A DNA stretch of 64,000 nucleotides from an uncultured Eubacteriales bacterium (GTDB taxonomy: Bacteria; Bacillota; Clostridia; Oscillospirales; CAG-272), in NCBI GenBank assembly GCA_910586545.1, contig CAJUIQ010000007.1:3895-67894 (forward strand). Direction: 5' to 3'. Numbering within the stretch: position 1 is the stretch's first letter; each line of letters begins with the position of its first letter. The position numbers and the translations under genes are program-made. Below, piece after piece: positions 1 through 10,375 of the stretch. The notes under the pieces are model-generated. The model did not search any database. It saw only the letters and a program-made list of their open reading frames with translations, and was not told where the DNA came from.

Positions 1-1
1 C

Positions 2-253
2 CAGGGGTTGGAACTGCACAACACACTATATTCTAGAATGAAGGGTACCGAGGCGGAAGGCATGTATGTACAGGGAGGCAAAACCGGGTATACCTTGGAA
101 GGACGTCACTGTCTGGCCACCTTTGCAGCGCCTTGTACGGAAGAAAACGCGCCCTACACCCGACCAAGATTTATCTTGGTCACCGCATACGGAATGTCGG
201 AATACAAGCCTATATACGATGCTATCAACACCTATGCAGCGTACAAGCCGTAA
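2..253 (+). CDS. C-terminal fragment of a serine-type D-Ala-D-Ala carboxypeptidase / PBP-like protein (5' end outside window)
   Basis: Frame is open from the window edge. Contains KTGYT (the KTG box of penicillin-binding/S11-type enzymes) and is followed by a strong hairpin terminator. Confidence 0.6.
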   Translation, partial: QGLELHNTLYSRMKGTEAEGMYVQGGKTGYTLEGRHCLATFAAPCTEENAPYTRPRFILVTAYGMSEYKPIYDAINTYAAYKP

Positions 254-290
254 ATAAAATAAGGAGGGAAATCCCTCCTTATTTTATTTA
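253..290. terminator. Bidirectional intrinsic terminator between convergent genes
   Basis: AAATAAAATAAGGAGGGA-aa-TCCCTCCTTATTTTATTT perfect hairpin with A/T runs on both sides. Confidence 0.8.
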
Positions 291-352
291 CGAGAGTTGT
301 GCTTATTTAAGAAACCCTGGGAAATTTTTCAGACTGCTGAAGCGTCCAAAAA

Positions 353-1576
353 CTATTCCCGCTTTTCTTTCACCTTTTCCCAATATGCCGCGGCAGCCTG
401 TTCCGTTTTGTTGTCGCCAAATTGGTAATACTGGCGGTCCTTCAAGTCCTTTGGCAAGTATTGCTGTTCCACCCATCTGCCGGGGCAGTCATGGGGATAG
501 ATATATCCTGCAAATTTTGGACTGCGCAAATGACTGGGAACCTCCCGTCCCCGCCCCGCCCGCACGTCGGCTGCCGCCGCGTCCAGCGCTACATACGCTG
601 TGTTGGATTTAGGCGCGGTAGCAAGCATCACAGCTGCGTTTGCCAAGGGAATCCGTGCTTCCGGCAATCCTAGCTCTTTAGCGCTTTCTACGCAGGCTCG
701 GGTGATCACCGCCGCCATAGGATAAGCAACGCCGATATCTTCACTGGCAATCACCATTAACCGTCTGCATGGGGAAATCAAATCTCCTCCTTCCAGTAGC
801 CGGGCCAAGTAAAAGACTGCCGCATCCGGATCGGAGCCCCGTATAGACTTTTGCAAAGCAGACAAAAGATCGTAATGAACATCCCCATCCCGGTCAAAGC
901 TGCCCGCCATCACGGAAGGGGTCATGGAGCGAACCAACTCTTCCGACACCGGCCCTTCTGCAACAGAAGCGGCACATTCCAACATGGTAAGCGACCGGCG
1001 AACATCGCCGCCACAGGATGCTGCAACGTAGCGAAGGGCCTCCTCCTCAGCTCCGGATGGGCATAAGGCTTCGCAAACCCGTTGCAGGTGGCAGAATACA
1101 TCCTCGGCGGAAACAGGACGGAACTCGAATACAGAACACCGGGACAAAAGAGCGTCGTAAATGTAGTAATATGGGTTCTCTGTGGTAGAGGCAATCAGTG
1201 TGATTCTTCCATCTTCAATATATTCCAGCATAGACTGCTGCTGCTTTTTATTGAAATATTGAATCTCGTCCAAATATAATAATATTCCGTTTTGCCCAAG
1301 CAACCCTTCCGTTTCTGCCGCTATCGCCTTTACATCAGACAGGGAAGCGGTGGTAGCGTTCAGCCTGCGCAGCTCCATGCCAGAGTTCTGGGCAATAATA
1401 GACGCACAGGTAGTCTTTCCCGTACCGGGAGGGCCAAAAAAAATCATGCTTCCAAAGCGGCCGCTTTCCGAAAGACGGCGTAAAATTCCCTTTTCTCCCA
1501 CCAAATGCTGTTGGCCCGCCACCTGATCGAACGCTGTTGGCCGCAAGCGGTCTGCGGCCGGTATCTGTACTGCCAT
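353..1576 (-). CDS. rarA: Replication-associated recombination protein A (AAA+ ATPase, MgsA/RarA)
   Basis: Walker A GPPGTGKTT, Walker B LLYLDEIQ, and a MgsA-type C-terminal domain. Start chosen at MAVQIP, which has an AGGAGGG SD 5-6 nt upstream; the ORF-track start at 1597 lacks an SD. Confidence 0.9.
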   Translation of the reverse strand: MAVQIPAADRLRPTAFDQVAGQQHLVGEKGILRRLSESGRFGSMIFFGPPGTGKTTCASIIAQNSGMELRRLNATTASLSDVKAIAAETEGLLGQNGILLYLDEIQYFNKKQQQSMLEYIEDGRITLIASTTENPYYYIYDALLSRCSVFEFRPVSAEDVFCHLQRVCEALCPSGAEEEALRYVAASCGGDVRRSLTMLECAASVAEGPVSEELVRSMTPSVMAGSFDRDGDVHYDLLSALQKSIRGSDPDAAVFYLARLLEGGDLISPCRRLMVIASEDIGVAYPMAAVITRACVESAKELGLPEARIPLANAAVMLATAPKSNTAYVALDAAAADVRAGRGREVPSHLRSPKFAGYIYPHDCPGRWVEQQYLPKDLKDRQYYQFGDNKTEQAAAAYWEKVKEKRE

Positions 1577-1589
1577 ATCGCTCCCTCCT

Positions 1590-2297
1590 TTATTCAATCA
1601 AGTCCCGCACGACTTCTCCCGCCAGCAGCAGTCCTGCTGCCGGCGGCACAAAGGCACAGCTGCCGGGCACACTCCGCCGCTCTCCTGTAGAAGCGGCGTC
1701 CACGTCATTGGGTTTGACCGGCTCCTCTTTGGAATATACAACCTTTACGCGGGAGATTCCCCGCTTGCGCAATTCAATTCGCATTACTCTAGCGAGAGGG
1801 CACACGGAAGTCTTAGATATATCCGCAATCTGAAAAGCTGACGGATCTTTTTTATTTCCGGTGCCCATAGAGGAAATTACCGGCACCCCTGCCTTTTTCG
1901 CTTCTTGGATAATAGAAAGTTTCGCGCTTACCGTATCCACCGCATCTACCACATAATTATAAGCGGAAAAGTCGAAATCCTCCGCTGTTTCCGGCAGATA
2001 AAACAAGCGATGACACCGTACCTGAATGTCCGGATCGATATCCTGAATCCGCGCAGCCATTACGTCTGTTTTGTATTTTCCTACCGTACTGTGGAGGGCG
2101 ATAATCTGCCGATTGATATTGGACAAGCTAACCACGTCTGCATCGATTAGGTCCAACTGCCCCACGCCGCTGCGTGCAAGCGCCTCAACTACCGCGCCGC
2201 CCACGCCGCCAATTCCAAATACGGCAACTCTACATTGATATAAGCGTTCTATTTTATTACCCAGTAAAAGGGCCGTGCGCCCATGCTGTTCCTTCAT
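1590..2297 (-). CDS. tcdA: tRNA threonylcarbamoyladenosine dehydratase (ThiF/MoeB-like E1 fold)
   Basis: Rossmann motif VAVFGIGGVGG, then DLIDADVVSLSNINRQ, typical of TcdA/CsdL; about 235 aa. Confidence 0.8.
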   Translation of the reverse strand: MKEQHGRTALLLGNKIERLYQCRVAVFGIGGVGGAVVEALARSGVGQLDLIDADVVSLSNINRQIIALHSTVGKYKTDVMAARIQDIDPDIQVRCHRLFYLPETAEDFDFSAYNYVVDAVDTVSAKLSIIQEAKKAGVPVISSMGTGNKKDPSAFQIADISKTSVCPLARVMRIELRKRGISRVKVVYSKEEPVKPNDVDAASTGERRSVPGSCAFVPPAAGLLLAGEVVRDLIE

Positions 2298-2461
2298 ACA
2301 TTATGACCATGCCTTTTTGTTTTGTCCGTTAAATCTGTTGTTTTTGCTCGTATCTCATCATGCAATATGATACCATGAGAGGGGATTTCTGTCAACGGAT
2401 TGACGAATCTGCGTTTAAGGAGTATACTATTTCTAGCAATATATATTTACAGTCACTTTTC

Positions 2462-3376
2462 ATGACAAAAGAAAGGTACATACTCATGTTTTACCATTTT
2501 GCTTGGTACTTTTTTCTGTTCGCCTGCATTGGTTGGTGTGCGGAGGTTGGATATGCCGCCGTGGTAACCAAGAAATTTGTAAACCGCGGCTTTCTTCTCG
2601 GCCCCTATTGCCCTATCTACGGATTTGGTATCGGTCTGATTTATTTGCTGTCTGTCCCGTTTAGTAAAAACATGCTTGTTTTGTGGGTTGGTTCTATTAT
2701 AGTTACCTCCGGAATTGAGTTGATTACCGGCTTTGCTATGGACAAGTTGTTTCATAATAAATGGTGGGACTATTCCGACTTCCCACTGAATATAGGCGGA
2801 TACATATGCCTTCCTTTCTCCCTTTTATGGGGATTTGCCTGTGTCGCTGTGGTAAAATTGATTTTCCCATTTACAAACGGATTGATCGATTGGATCCCGC
2901 ATACCATTGGTGTGATTTTAATCGTTTTCCTTAGCGTGGTGTTTGCCGCAGACGCGGTCATTTCCATCGTTACCGCTCTGGGATTAAACAAAAAATTAGA
3001 GCATATGGACAGACTGGCAAAAATGTTGGAAGAGCAGTCACAAAAGCTTACCGATAAGGTGACCCGTGCCGTGCAAAATGCTGCAGAGTTTTGCGAAGAA
3101 GTGGGGGACCGTCTTTCCGACGGCAAGAACCGCCTGTTGGAGAAGCTGGACAAAGAACGAGAAAGTGAAAAAAAGCTTCAGGAAACGCCTGAAGCAAAGG
3201 AAAAATATGAGGAGATGGCAAAGACCAGCAATATTCTTCAGCGGCGTTTGATCGCTGCATTTCCCCACATGAAACCTAAAAAATACACATTACATTTGGA
3301 AGCAATCCGTGAAAAAATCCACCGACGCGGCAAAAAGAAAAAGACAAATCGCCATGAAAAGATAAGTAAAAATTAA
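2462..3376 (+). CDS. Polytopic membrane protein, 'putative ABC-transporter type IV' (PF06541-like), with a charged coiled-coil C-terminal tail
   Basis: Multiple TM helices and a GWCAEV motif near the N-terminus. The C-terminal ~120 aa are rich in K/E. The start is uncertain: candidates are 2360, 2462 and 2486. Confidence 0.55.
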   Translation: MTKERYILMFYHFAWYFFLFACIGWCAEVGYAAVVTKKFVNRGFLLGPYCPIYGFGIGLIYLLSVPFSKNMLVLWVGSIIVTSGIELITGFAMDKLFHNKWWDYSDFPLNIGGYICLPFSLLWGFACVAVVKLIFPFTNGLIDWIPHTIGVILIVFLSVVFAADAVISIVTALGLNKKLEHMDRLAKMLEEQSQKLTDKVTRAVQNAAEFCEEVGDRLSDGKNRLLEKLDKERESEKKLQETPEAKEKYEEMAKTSNILQRRLIAAFPHMKPKKYTLHLEAIREKIHRRGKKKKTNRHEKISKN

Positions 3377-3403
3377 AAAGAGGGCCTGTGAGGCCCTCTT
3401 TTT
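3376..3403. terminator. Bidirectional intrinsic terminator
   Basis: AAAAAGAGGGCC-tgtg-AGGCCCTCTTTTT. Confidence 0.8.
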
Positions 3404-3599
3404 ATATTTGTTTTTGCACGGTTTTATATTCATCATAAAATTTATAGTAGGGGCAGGCGCTGTAGGGATGCTGCATAAAGCGAACCATTTCATCTTCATC
3501 CAGGTTCAGATCACAAATGTCCATGTCGTACACGTCATCATAATCATAGTAGACGCAGGTGCGGCAGTCTGTCTGCATTGGTGCGTTTTTACCGGTCAT
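3402..3599 (-). CDS. Small acidic Cys-containing protein (resembles the DUF6472 family from memory)
   Basis: 65 aa with an AAGGAGGG SD upstream. Pattern is C..C...C.LNLDEDEMVRF...CPYY. Confidence 0.55.
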   Translation of the reverse strand: MTGKNAPMQTDCRTCVYYDYDDVYDMDICDLNLDEDEMVRFMQHPYSACPYYKFYDEYKTVQKQI

Positions 3600-3719
3600 C
3601 AGAATCCCTCCTTTATATGCAGTATAGCATATACGTCTGAAAATATCAAGAAAACAGTTGCAAAAAATACTTTGCTTGGGTACAATACATATAGAGTACT
3701 TAACAATTGTGAAGGGAGC

Positions 3720-4232
3720 ATGATTATGGGATATATTGTAAAAGCGCCTGAGGAAATTCAGGGCAACGTATTTTCAATGATTGGCAGTGACTGGATGCTG
3801 GTAACGGCGGAGAATAACGAAAAATATAATACGATGACCGCAAGCTGGGGCGGTATGGGTGTTTTGTGGGGCAAGCCGGTAGCCTTTGTTTTTATCCGGC
3901 CCCAGCGGTATACGTATACGTTTTTGGAGAAGACAGATCGCTTTACACTTTCTTTTTTTGGAGGCGGAGAGCGGGACGCGCTTGCCTTGTGCGGTAAGGT
4001 CAGCGGTAGAGACAGGGATAAAATCAGCGAGGCGGGACTCACTCCCTTTTCTACCAACGACGGGTATACCTCTTTCAAAGAGGCGTCTGTGATTCTGGAA
4101 TGCAGCAAGCTGTACGCAGACTTTATTAAAGAAGAAAATATGCTGAATCCTGCGCTTATGGAGTTCTACAAAGAAAGAGATTTTCACAAGATGTATGTTG
4201 CAGAGATTACCCGGGGACTGATTAAAGAATAG
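3720..4232 (+). CDS. Flavin reductase-like FMN-binding (split-barrel) protein
   Basis: Motifs NTMTASWGGMGVLWGKPV and FIRPQRYTY are typical of flavin reductase-like domain proteins. Start at MIMGY with a GAAGGGAG SD; the longer ORF-track start at 3408 overlaps the convergent gene. Confidence 0.7.
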   Translation: MIMGYIVKAPEEIQGNVFSMIGSDWMLVTAENNEKYNTMTASWGGMGVLWGKPVAFVFIRPQRYTYTFLEKTDRFTLSFFGGGERDALALCGKVSGRDRDKISEAGLTPFSTNDGYTSFKEASVILECSKLYADFIKEENMLNPALMEFYKERDFHKMYVAEITRGLIKE

Positions 4233-4256
4233 AACTGCAAAGAAAGGAACAGTCAA

Positions 4257-5192
4257 ATGCATTATCAGGAAGGAATTACGGACACCGGCAAAATAGAAAA
4301 TATGAAGCACGCGCATGTGTTTTTGCGTTTTCCCGGAGGCAAAGCGAAGGCTGTCACCTTTAGCTTTGACGATGGTGTGGTGGAGGACGCCTGGCTTGTG
4401 GAGCAGCTGCGAAAGTACAAAATGGGCGCTGCCTTCAACATAAACGCAGGGTTGTGCACCTATGATCCAGTGGACTACAATCAGGTGAGCGCTTCCTATT
4501 TTCCTGATAAAAGTATACAGCGGCGACTTACCAGGAGGGAGCTATGTCGGCTGTTTGAAGACAGCGGCATGGAAATCGCAGCTCATGGATATACACATGC
4601 TCAGCTGAATAAAATCGATCCGGCTGCCGCTATGTGGGAAATTTGCCGAGATAGAGCAGAACTGGAGGCTATTACAGGCGCACCGGTACGGGGATTCGCG
4701 TATCCACAGGGGGCAGGCGACGAGGCCACCGCATCCATGCTGCGCCGCTGCGGATTTCTATATGCCCGCCTGGCCCAGTCAACCTACTGCTTCGATATGC
4801 CTGCGGATCCGTTGCTGCTGCAGCCCACTTGTCATTTTTTGGAGGACCGCGCCGCCTCGCTGGCCCATTCGTTTGTAGAAAAAGAAGTGGGAACAGGGGT
4901 ATGGCAAAAAAATACGGAGCCCTCCCTCTTCTACATATGGGGTCACGGATACGAATTGCGCCGCGGGGAAGAGAATTATCAAAAGGCGGAGACGCTGTTT
5001 CGGCAGTTGGCCGGACGGGATGATATCTGGTATCCTACAAATATACAGCTATTTGCTTATAAAAAGGCGTTTGATGAGCTGGTATATGGAATCGAGCGGA
5101 CCTTTGTGCAGAATATGTCCTGCATGACTCTGTGGATATATGCCAACGGAGAAAATCGGGAAATTCGTCCGGGAGAAACCATATATCTATAA
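4257..5192 (+). CDS. Polysaccharide deacetylase (NodB-homology) family protein
   Basis: FSFDDG motif and an HGYTH metal-binding motif; SD AAAGGAA upstream. Confidence 0.75.
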   Translation: MHYQEGITDTGKIENMKHAHVFLRFPGGKAKAVTFSFDDGVVEDAWLVEQLRKYKMGAAFNINAGLCTYDPVDYNQVSASYFPDKSIQRRLTRRELCRLFEDSGMEIAAHGYTHAQLNKIDPAAAMWEICRDRAELEAITGAPVRGFAYPQGAGDEATASMLRRCGFLYARLAQSTYCFDMPADPLLLQPTCHFLEDRAASLAHSFVEKEVGTGVWQKNTEPSLFYIWGHGYELRRGEENYQKAETLFRQLAGRDDIWYPTNIQLFAYKKAFDELVYGIERTFVQNMSCMTLWIYANGENREIRPGETIYL

Positions 5193-5225
5193 TTTATGCA
5201 TTTTCAAAAAAATGCATAAAAGCCC

Positions 5226-5254
5226 TTGCAATTTCAGGGTGCGTGTGCTATACT
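5226..5254 (+). promoter_or_regulatory. Sigma-A-type promoter of the rimP-nusA-infB operon
   Basis: TTGCAA, 17 nt, TATACT. An A/T palindrome at 5193-5220 lies just upstream. Confidence 0.5.
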
Positions 5255-5351
5255 ACTATATGGTTATGATATACGATGAGAATGGAGAGTGGGGTTGACC
5301 CACTCTCTGTTTTGTAAAGACACAAAATTAGATAGGGCAGGGCAAAGCAGG

Positions 5352-5819
5352 ATGGAAAGACAAAAGAAAAATATTGCCGGCGTCGTGCGGGAACTGATTC
5401 AGCCTGTCGCCGATGAAATGGGATATATTTTGTGGGACGTGGAATATGTCAAGGAAGGCGCGGAGATGGTTCTCCGTATTACCATTGACCAGGATGCGGG
5501 AATCGGCATCGAAGATTGTGAGCGGCTTCATCGTGCCATTGATCCGATGCTGGATGAGGCCGATCCCATTGAGAATTCCTATCGGCTGGAGGTGTCCTCC
5601 CCCGGAGTAGAACGTACCCTGTCCAGACCGGAGCATTTTCAAAAATGCTTGGGCGAGCAGGTGGAGGTGCGCCTGTATGCGCCTCTGAATGGTCAGAAAA
5701 AGCTGGTAGGCGTTCTGACTGCAGCAGATGAAAATACCATCACCATTACAGTGGGTGAAGAAAGCATCACGCTGGAAAATCAGCAGTGGGCAAAGGTCAC
5801 CACTATATTTGCGTGGTAA
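5352..5819 (+). CDS. rimP: Ribosome maturation factor RimP
   Basis: LEVSSPG motif, size, and position directly upstream of nusA. Start taken at MERQKK. Confidence 0.9.
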   Translation: MERQKKNIAGVVRELIQPVADEMGYILWDVEYVKEGAEMVLRITIDQDAGIGIEDCERLHRAIDPMLDEADPIENSYRLEVSSPGVERTLSRPEHFQKCLGEQVEVRLYAPLNGQKKLVGVLTAADENTITITVGEESITLENQQWAKVTTIFAW

Positions 5820-5869
5820 AATACGGAAAGCTTCATATACTAACTAAGAGAAAGGCTTGGAAACTGAAA

Positions 5870-6895
5870 ATGAATGCAGAATTTTTCACCGCTCTGGAGC
5901 TTTTGGAGAAATCCAAGGGAATCCCGAAAGAATATATGATCGAAAAAGTGGAAGCCGCCCTGATCAGTGCCTTTAAAAAAGAATATGGTACCGGAAATGT
6001 GCGTGTGACCATTGATCCGGAGAAAAAAGATGTGCGTGTTTACGAATGCAAGGATATCGTGGAAACGGTAGAGGATCCTGCGACACAGATTTCCCTGGAG
6101 GACGCTAAAAGCATCAGCAGGCGGTACACCCTTGGCGGTGTTGTAGAAAAGGAAGTAAAGACGAAAAATTTTGGTCGGCTCAGCGCCCAAACTGCAAAGC
6201 AGGTAATTATTCAAGGTATTCGAGAAGCGGAACGCAGCAGCATGCTGCGGGAATATGAGAAAAAACGTGAGGAAGTAATCAGCGCAGTGGTCACAAAAGC
6301 GGCGGATGCCAGCGGTGACATTGTAATTGATACAGGTACCAGTGAAGCCGTGCTTGTACAGGGCGAGCAGATACCGGGAGAGAGCTTCGCGGTAGGGGAT
6401 CGAATCAAAGTATTCGTTACTGAAGTGCGTCGGGACAGTCAGTCCGGCCCTATGGTTACGCTTTCTAGAACCCACCCCAATCTGGTGAAACGGCTGTTTG
6501 AAATGGAAATTCCGGAAATCCAGGATGGCGTGGTAATTATTGAAGGCGTTGCCCGAGAGGCGGGCAGTCGGTCTAAGCTGGCCGTATATTCCAGAGATGC
6601 GGACGTGGATCCGGTAGGCGCGTGTATCGGAGAACGGGGGCGCAGAATCGGTGAGATTGTTGACGAGCTGCGTGGGGAAAAGATTGATGTAATCGAGTAT
6701 TCCGAAACTCCGGAAAAATATATCGCGGCGGCGCTTTCCCCAGCCCAGGTATTGGATGTGGAACTGGATGGTGAGCGCAGCGCTATCGTTACTGTGGCCA
6801 GCGACCAGTTATCCCTGGCGATTGGCAAGGAAGGTCAGAACGCACGCTTGGCGGCGAGACTTACCGGCTATAAAATTGATATTAAGGGAAGATAA
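5870..6895 (+). CDS. nusA: Transcription termination/antitermination factor NusA
   Basis: N-terminal domain, S1 domain and two KH domains (GACIGERG, AIGKEGQNARLAARLTG). Confidence 0.95.
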   Translation: MNAEFFTALELLEKSKGIPKEYMIEKVEAALISAFKKEYGTGNVRVTIDPEKKDVRVYECKDIVETVEDPATQISLEDAKSISRRYTLGGVVEKEVKTKNFGRLSAQTAKQVIIQGIREAERSSMLREYEKKREEVISAVVTKAADASGDIVIDTGTSEAVLVQGEQIPGESFAVGDRIKVFVTEVRRDSQSGPMVTLSRTHPNLVKRLFEMEIPEIQDGVVIIEGVAREAGSRSKLAVYSRDADVDPVGACIGERGRRIGEIVDELRGEKIDVIEYSETPEKYIAAALSPAQVLDVELDGERSAIVTVASDQLSLAIGKEGQNARLAARLTGYKIDIKGR

Positions 6896-6922
6896 CAGCG
6901 TTCCTTTTTTGAAAGGGTATAT

Positions 6923-7231
6923 ATGAGCAATGCAAAAAAAGGGCCGAAGCCCAGAAAAACACCCTTGCGCCGATGTCTCGGCTGTGGAGAGTCCTTTCCT
7001 AAAAAGGACTTGCTACGGGTGGTACGCAGTCCAGAAGGAGAGGTAGCGTTGGACTTTACCGGAAAAATGAGTGGCAGAGGCGCCTATGTGTGTAAGCGAA
7101 CCGCTTGCTTTCAAAAGGCGAGAAAGGCCGGCCGGTTCCAAAAAAATTTGGAACTTAGTATTCCGGACGATGTGTTGGACTCCTTGGCGCAGGAGATTCG
7201 CCTTTTTGAAGAAGAGAATGCAGATCAGTGA
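6923..7231 (+). CDS. ylxR: YlxR/RnpM family RNA-binding protein (DUF448)
   Basis: RRCLGCGE...GRGAYVC motif and conserved position after nusA. Confidence 0.85.
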   Translation: MSNAKKGPKPRKTPLRRCLGCGESFPKKDLLRVVRSPEGEVALDFTGKMSGRGAYVCKRTACFQKARKAGRFQKNLELSIPDDVLDSLAQEIRLFEEENADQ

Positions 7232-7536
7232 TGCAAAGTAAACTGCAGAAATATATTGGATTTGCCTGGGCGGCAAAAGGCCTGATTCTTGGTACGGATC
7301 TGGTTTTGACATCCATTAGGAGAAGACAGGCGAAACTGGTGCTTCTGGCGGTAGACGCGTCTGACCGTACGGCGAAGCAGGTGCTAGATAAAAGCGGCTT
7401 TTATGGCGTGGACGCAGTCCGCATAGACTGTACGATGGAAGAATTGGCCCGGGCGGTGGGTAAAGAAGCCCCTGTTGCGGCAGTGGCTGTAACGGACAAA
7501 GGATTTGCCGCAGCAATGCGGGAGTCTCTGAAATAA
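7228..7536 (+). CDS. ylxQ: L7Ae/YlxQ family RNA-binding protein
   Basis: ~100 aa, overlaps the ylxR stop (ATGA), and holds the conserved position before infB. Confidence 0.8.
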   Translation: MMQSKLQKYIGFAWAAKGLILGTDLVLTSIRRRQAKLVLLAVDASDRTAKQVLDKSGFYGVDAVRIDCTMEELARAVGKEAPVAAVAVTDKGFAAAMRESLK

Positions 7537-7620
7537 GCGAATCCGTTTGCTGCGGCAGACGAAATAATCAGCGAAAAACTGACAGGAAAGGATTCCCCCC
7601 AGGGGAAAAGGTAGAAAAAT

Positions 7621-10317
7621 ATGGCACAAGCCCCAATGTTCCGTATTAACCAACTTGCAAAGGATTTTGATATCAAAAGCAAAGATCTCATTACAGCGCT
7701 GGAGGAAAAAGGAATTACCGGCAAAAAATCCATGACTAATTTGGAGCCGGAGGAGTTCAACCTCTTTCTGGACACGCTTACAAAAGAGAATCAAATTGTG
7801 GATATCGATGGGTATCTTCATGGTAAAACCCGTATCCCCCCTGTCAGAATGAGCAAGGCGGCACAGCTTGCCGCTGAAAAGAGAAAGGCAGAGGAGGAAG
7901 CGGCGCAGCGCGCTGCCGAAGAGGCTAAGAAAGCGGCTCAGGAAAAGGCTGCTAAAGAAGCGGAAGAACGAGAAAAAGCAGAAGCCATTGCAAGAGAAAA
8001 AGCAAAAGACGCCGCGCTCTTGAAGGCTGCCGCTGCAGCCCGTGCCAGAGCGGAGGCAGAAGAGGCGGCTAAGAAAGCGCAGCAAGAGGCTGCTGCGTCC
8101 AAGCAGCAAGCACATACCCAGCCGAAGTCCTCTGCACCTAAGGCACAGCAGAACGCACCTGTGGAAAAATCCAATCAAAAGCGCGGTGCACAAAATGTGA
8201 GTCAAAAGATTCAGCAAACGCTGCAGCAGCAACGGCAGGATGCCGCGGCCCAGGGGCAGAGCCGCAATTTTACGCCGGATCAGACTACTATGTCCAAGCA
8301 AAAAGCAAAGCAGAATGCACCCACAAACGAGCGTAAGAGAACCGGAACAACTCGGGTCGTAGATACGCGCACTGTTTCCGTCAACTTGTCTAAGTATGAC
8401 GAGAGATTGGAGAAATTTGCACCGGAAACCAACCGGGATCAGCTTGCCGCGGGTAAGCAGAAGCTGAAAAAACAAAATACCCGGGATGTGCGTTCTTCTA
8501 AAAATAGAAACAAAGAAAGCGCCACAATGGAGAAGCTGCGCCGCAAAGCTGCGATGGAAGCAAAAAAGCAGCCGCTGAAAATCACTGTTCCCGATGAAAT
8601 TTCTGTGGGTGAACTTGCTTCCAGACTAAAGGTGACCGCTGCGGAAGTAGTAAAACGTCTTATGCTTATGGGCAGCATTGTTACGGTCAATCAAATTATT
8701 GACTTTGACACTGCATTCCTAGTGGCAGAAGAAATGGGCGCGCAAGTTACAAAGGAAATCGTTGTCACCATCGAGGAAAAGCTGTTTAATGAAGACGAGG
8801 ATGACAGCGGAGAGCTTGTGGAGCGTGCGCCTGTGGTTTGTGTAATGGGACACGTTGACCATGGTAAAACCTCTCTTTTAGACGCTATCCGCCATACCAG
8901 CGTAACCAGCGGAGAAGCCGGCGGCATTACACAGCACATTGGTGCTTATAGAGTAAGCGTCAACGATAAGGAAATTACCTTCCTGGATACGCCTGGTCAC
9001 GAAGCATTTACCGCTATGCGTGCCCGCGGTGCACAGGCAACCGATATCGCTATTTTGGTAGTTGCGGCAGACGACGGTATTATGCCTCAGACAGTGGAGG
9101 CCATTAATCATGCGCAGGCTGCTGGTGTAGAAATTATCGTCGCTATCAATAAGATGGATAAGCCGGGGGCGAACCCGGACGCAGTTAAGTCTGCACTGAC
9201 CAATTATAATTTGGTTCCGGAGGAATGGGGCGGCGATGTGATGTGCGTGCCTGTTTCCGCGCTGACCGGAGACGGCATTCAAGATCTTCTGGAAAACATT
9301 CTTTTGATTGCGGAAGTGAAAGAATATAGGGCAAATCCGGCACGTCGCGCGAAAGGTATCGTAATTGAAGCGCAGCTGGATAAGGGGCGTGGCCCGGTTG
9401 CTACCGTTTTGGTACAAAACGGTACATTGCATGCGGGTGATATTGTGATTGCGGGTACTTCCGTTGGTCGTGTACGCGCAATGACCAACGACAAAGGGCA
9501 AACCCTAAAGGAAGCAGGTCCTTCTGTTCCTGTAGAGATTATTGGCCTTGCGGAAGTTCCCTTGGCAGGTGATGAATTTAACGCTGTAGAAGACGAACGT
9601 ATGGCCAGAACGCTGGCGGATCAGCGTCGTGCAAAGGCAAAGGAAGAGGAATTCCGTATCAATTCCAAGGTGAATTTGGACGATTTGTTCGCCCAAATCA
9701 AAGAAGGCGTACAGGAATTGAACATTATTGTAAAAGCAGACGTAGGCGGATCGGCAGAAGCAGTGAAGCAGTCTCTGGAGAAAATCTCCAACGAAGAGGT
9801 GCGCGTTCGCGTGATCCACTCTGCCGTAGGCGGCATTACGGAAAGCGATGTAATGCTTGCCGCAGCCTCCAATGCAATTATCGTTGGATTTAATGTTCGT
9901 CCTGACAAGGGAGCTATTGATTCTGCGCAGCGGCAAAAGGTAGACATCCGCACATACCGGATTATTTACGAATGTATTGAAGAAATTACCGCTGCTACCA
10001 AGGGTATGCTAGCGCCTGAGTTCGTGGAGAAGGTAATTGGCCAAGCGCAGGTACGGCAGACGATTCGTGTGCCTAACGTTGGTATAATTGCAGGGTCCTA
10101 CGTACAGGATGGTATGATTGCCCGGAACGCACAAATTCGGGTAGTGCGAGACGGTATTGTTGTGGCAGAGGACAAAATTTCTTCTCTGCGTCGGTTTAAA
10201 GACGACGCCAAGGAAGTGCAGCAAGGATATGAATGTGGTATCGGCTTAGAGAAATTCAACGATATCAAAGAGGGAGATATCCTGGAAGCATTTATTATGG
10301 AAGAAGTAGCCCGATAA
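7621..10317 (+). CDS. infB: Translation initiation factor IF-2
   Basis: GTPase motifs [13 protein letters not shown] and NKMD. The N-terminal linker is low-complexity and rich in A/K/E/Q. Confidence 0.97.
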   Translation: MAQAPMFRINQLAKDFDIKSKDLITALEEKGITGKKSMTNLEPEEFNLFLDTLTKENQIVDIDGYLHGKTRIPPVRMSKAAQLAAEKRKAEEEAAQRAAEEAKKAAQEKAAKEAEEREKAEAIAREKAKDAALLKAAAAARARAEAEEAAKKAQQEAAASKQQAHTQPKSSAPKAQQNAPVEKSNQKRGAQNVSQKIQQTLQQQRQDAAAQGQSRNFTPDQTTMSKQKAKQNAPTNERKRTGTTRVVDTRTVSVNLSKYDERLEKFAPETNRDQLAAGKQKLKKQNTRDVRSSKNRNKESATMEKLRRKAAMEAKKQPLKITVPDEISVGELASRLKVTAAEVVKRLMLMGSIVTVNQIIDFDTAFLVAEEMGAQVTKEIVVTIEEKLFNEDEDDSGELVERAPVVCVMGHVDHGKTSLLDAIRHTSVTSGEAGGITQHIGAYRVSVNDKEITFLDTPGHEAFTAMRARGAQATDIAILVVAADDGIMPQTVEAINHAQAAGVEIIVAINKMDKPGANPDAVKSALTNYNLVPEEWGGDVMCVPVSALTGDGIQDLLENILLIAEVKEYRANPARRAKGIVIEAQLDKGRGPVATVLVQNGTLHAGDIVIAGTSVGRVRAMTNDKGQTLKEAGPSVPVEIIGLAEVPLAGDEFNAVEDERMARTLADQRRAKAKEEEFRINSKVNLDDLFAQIKEGVQELNIIVKADVGGSAEAVKQSLEKISNEEVRVRVIHSAVGGITESDVMLAAASNAIIVGFNVRPDKGAIDSAQRQKVDIRTYRIIYECIEEITAATKGMLAPEFVEKVIGQAQVRQTIRVPNVGIIAGSYVQDGMIARNAQIRVVRDGIVVAEDKISSLRRFKDDAKEVQQGYECGIGLEKFNDIKEGDILEAFIMEEVAR

Positions 10318-10375
10318 AAACTGGAAAAGGATAAGAAGTAAGCAGGCAGTCGTAAAAAACTTGTTTCTTAAGAAT

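Noticed and set aside
7384-8475. 363-aa ORF antisense to the 5' part of infB, plus a 124-aa ORF at 7401-7775.
   Set aside because: It lies opposite the A/K/E/Q low-complexity linker of IF-2. The product is Leu/Phe/Cys/Arg-rich low-complexity sequence with no SD, a typical shadow ORF.
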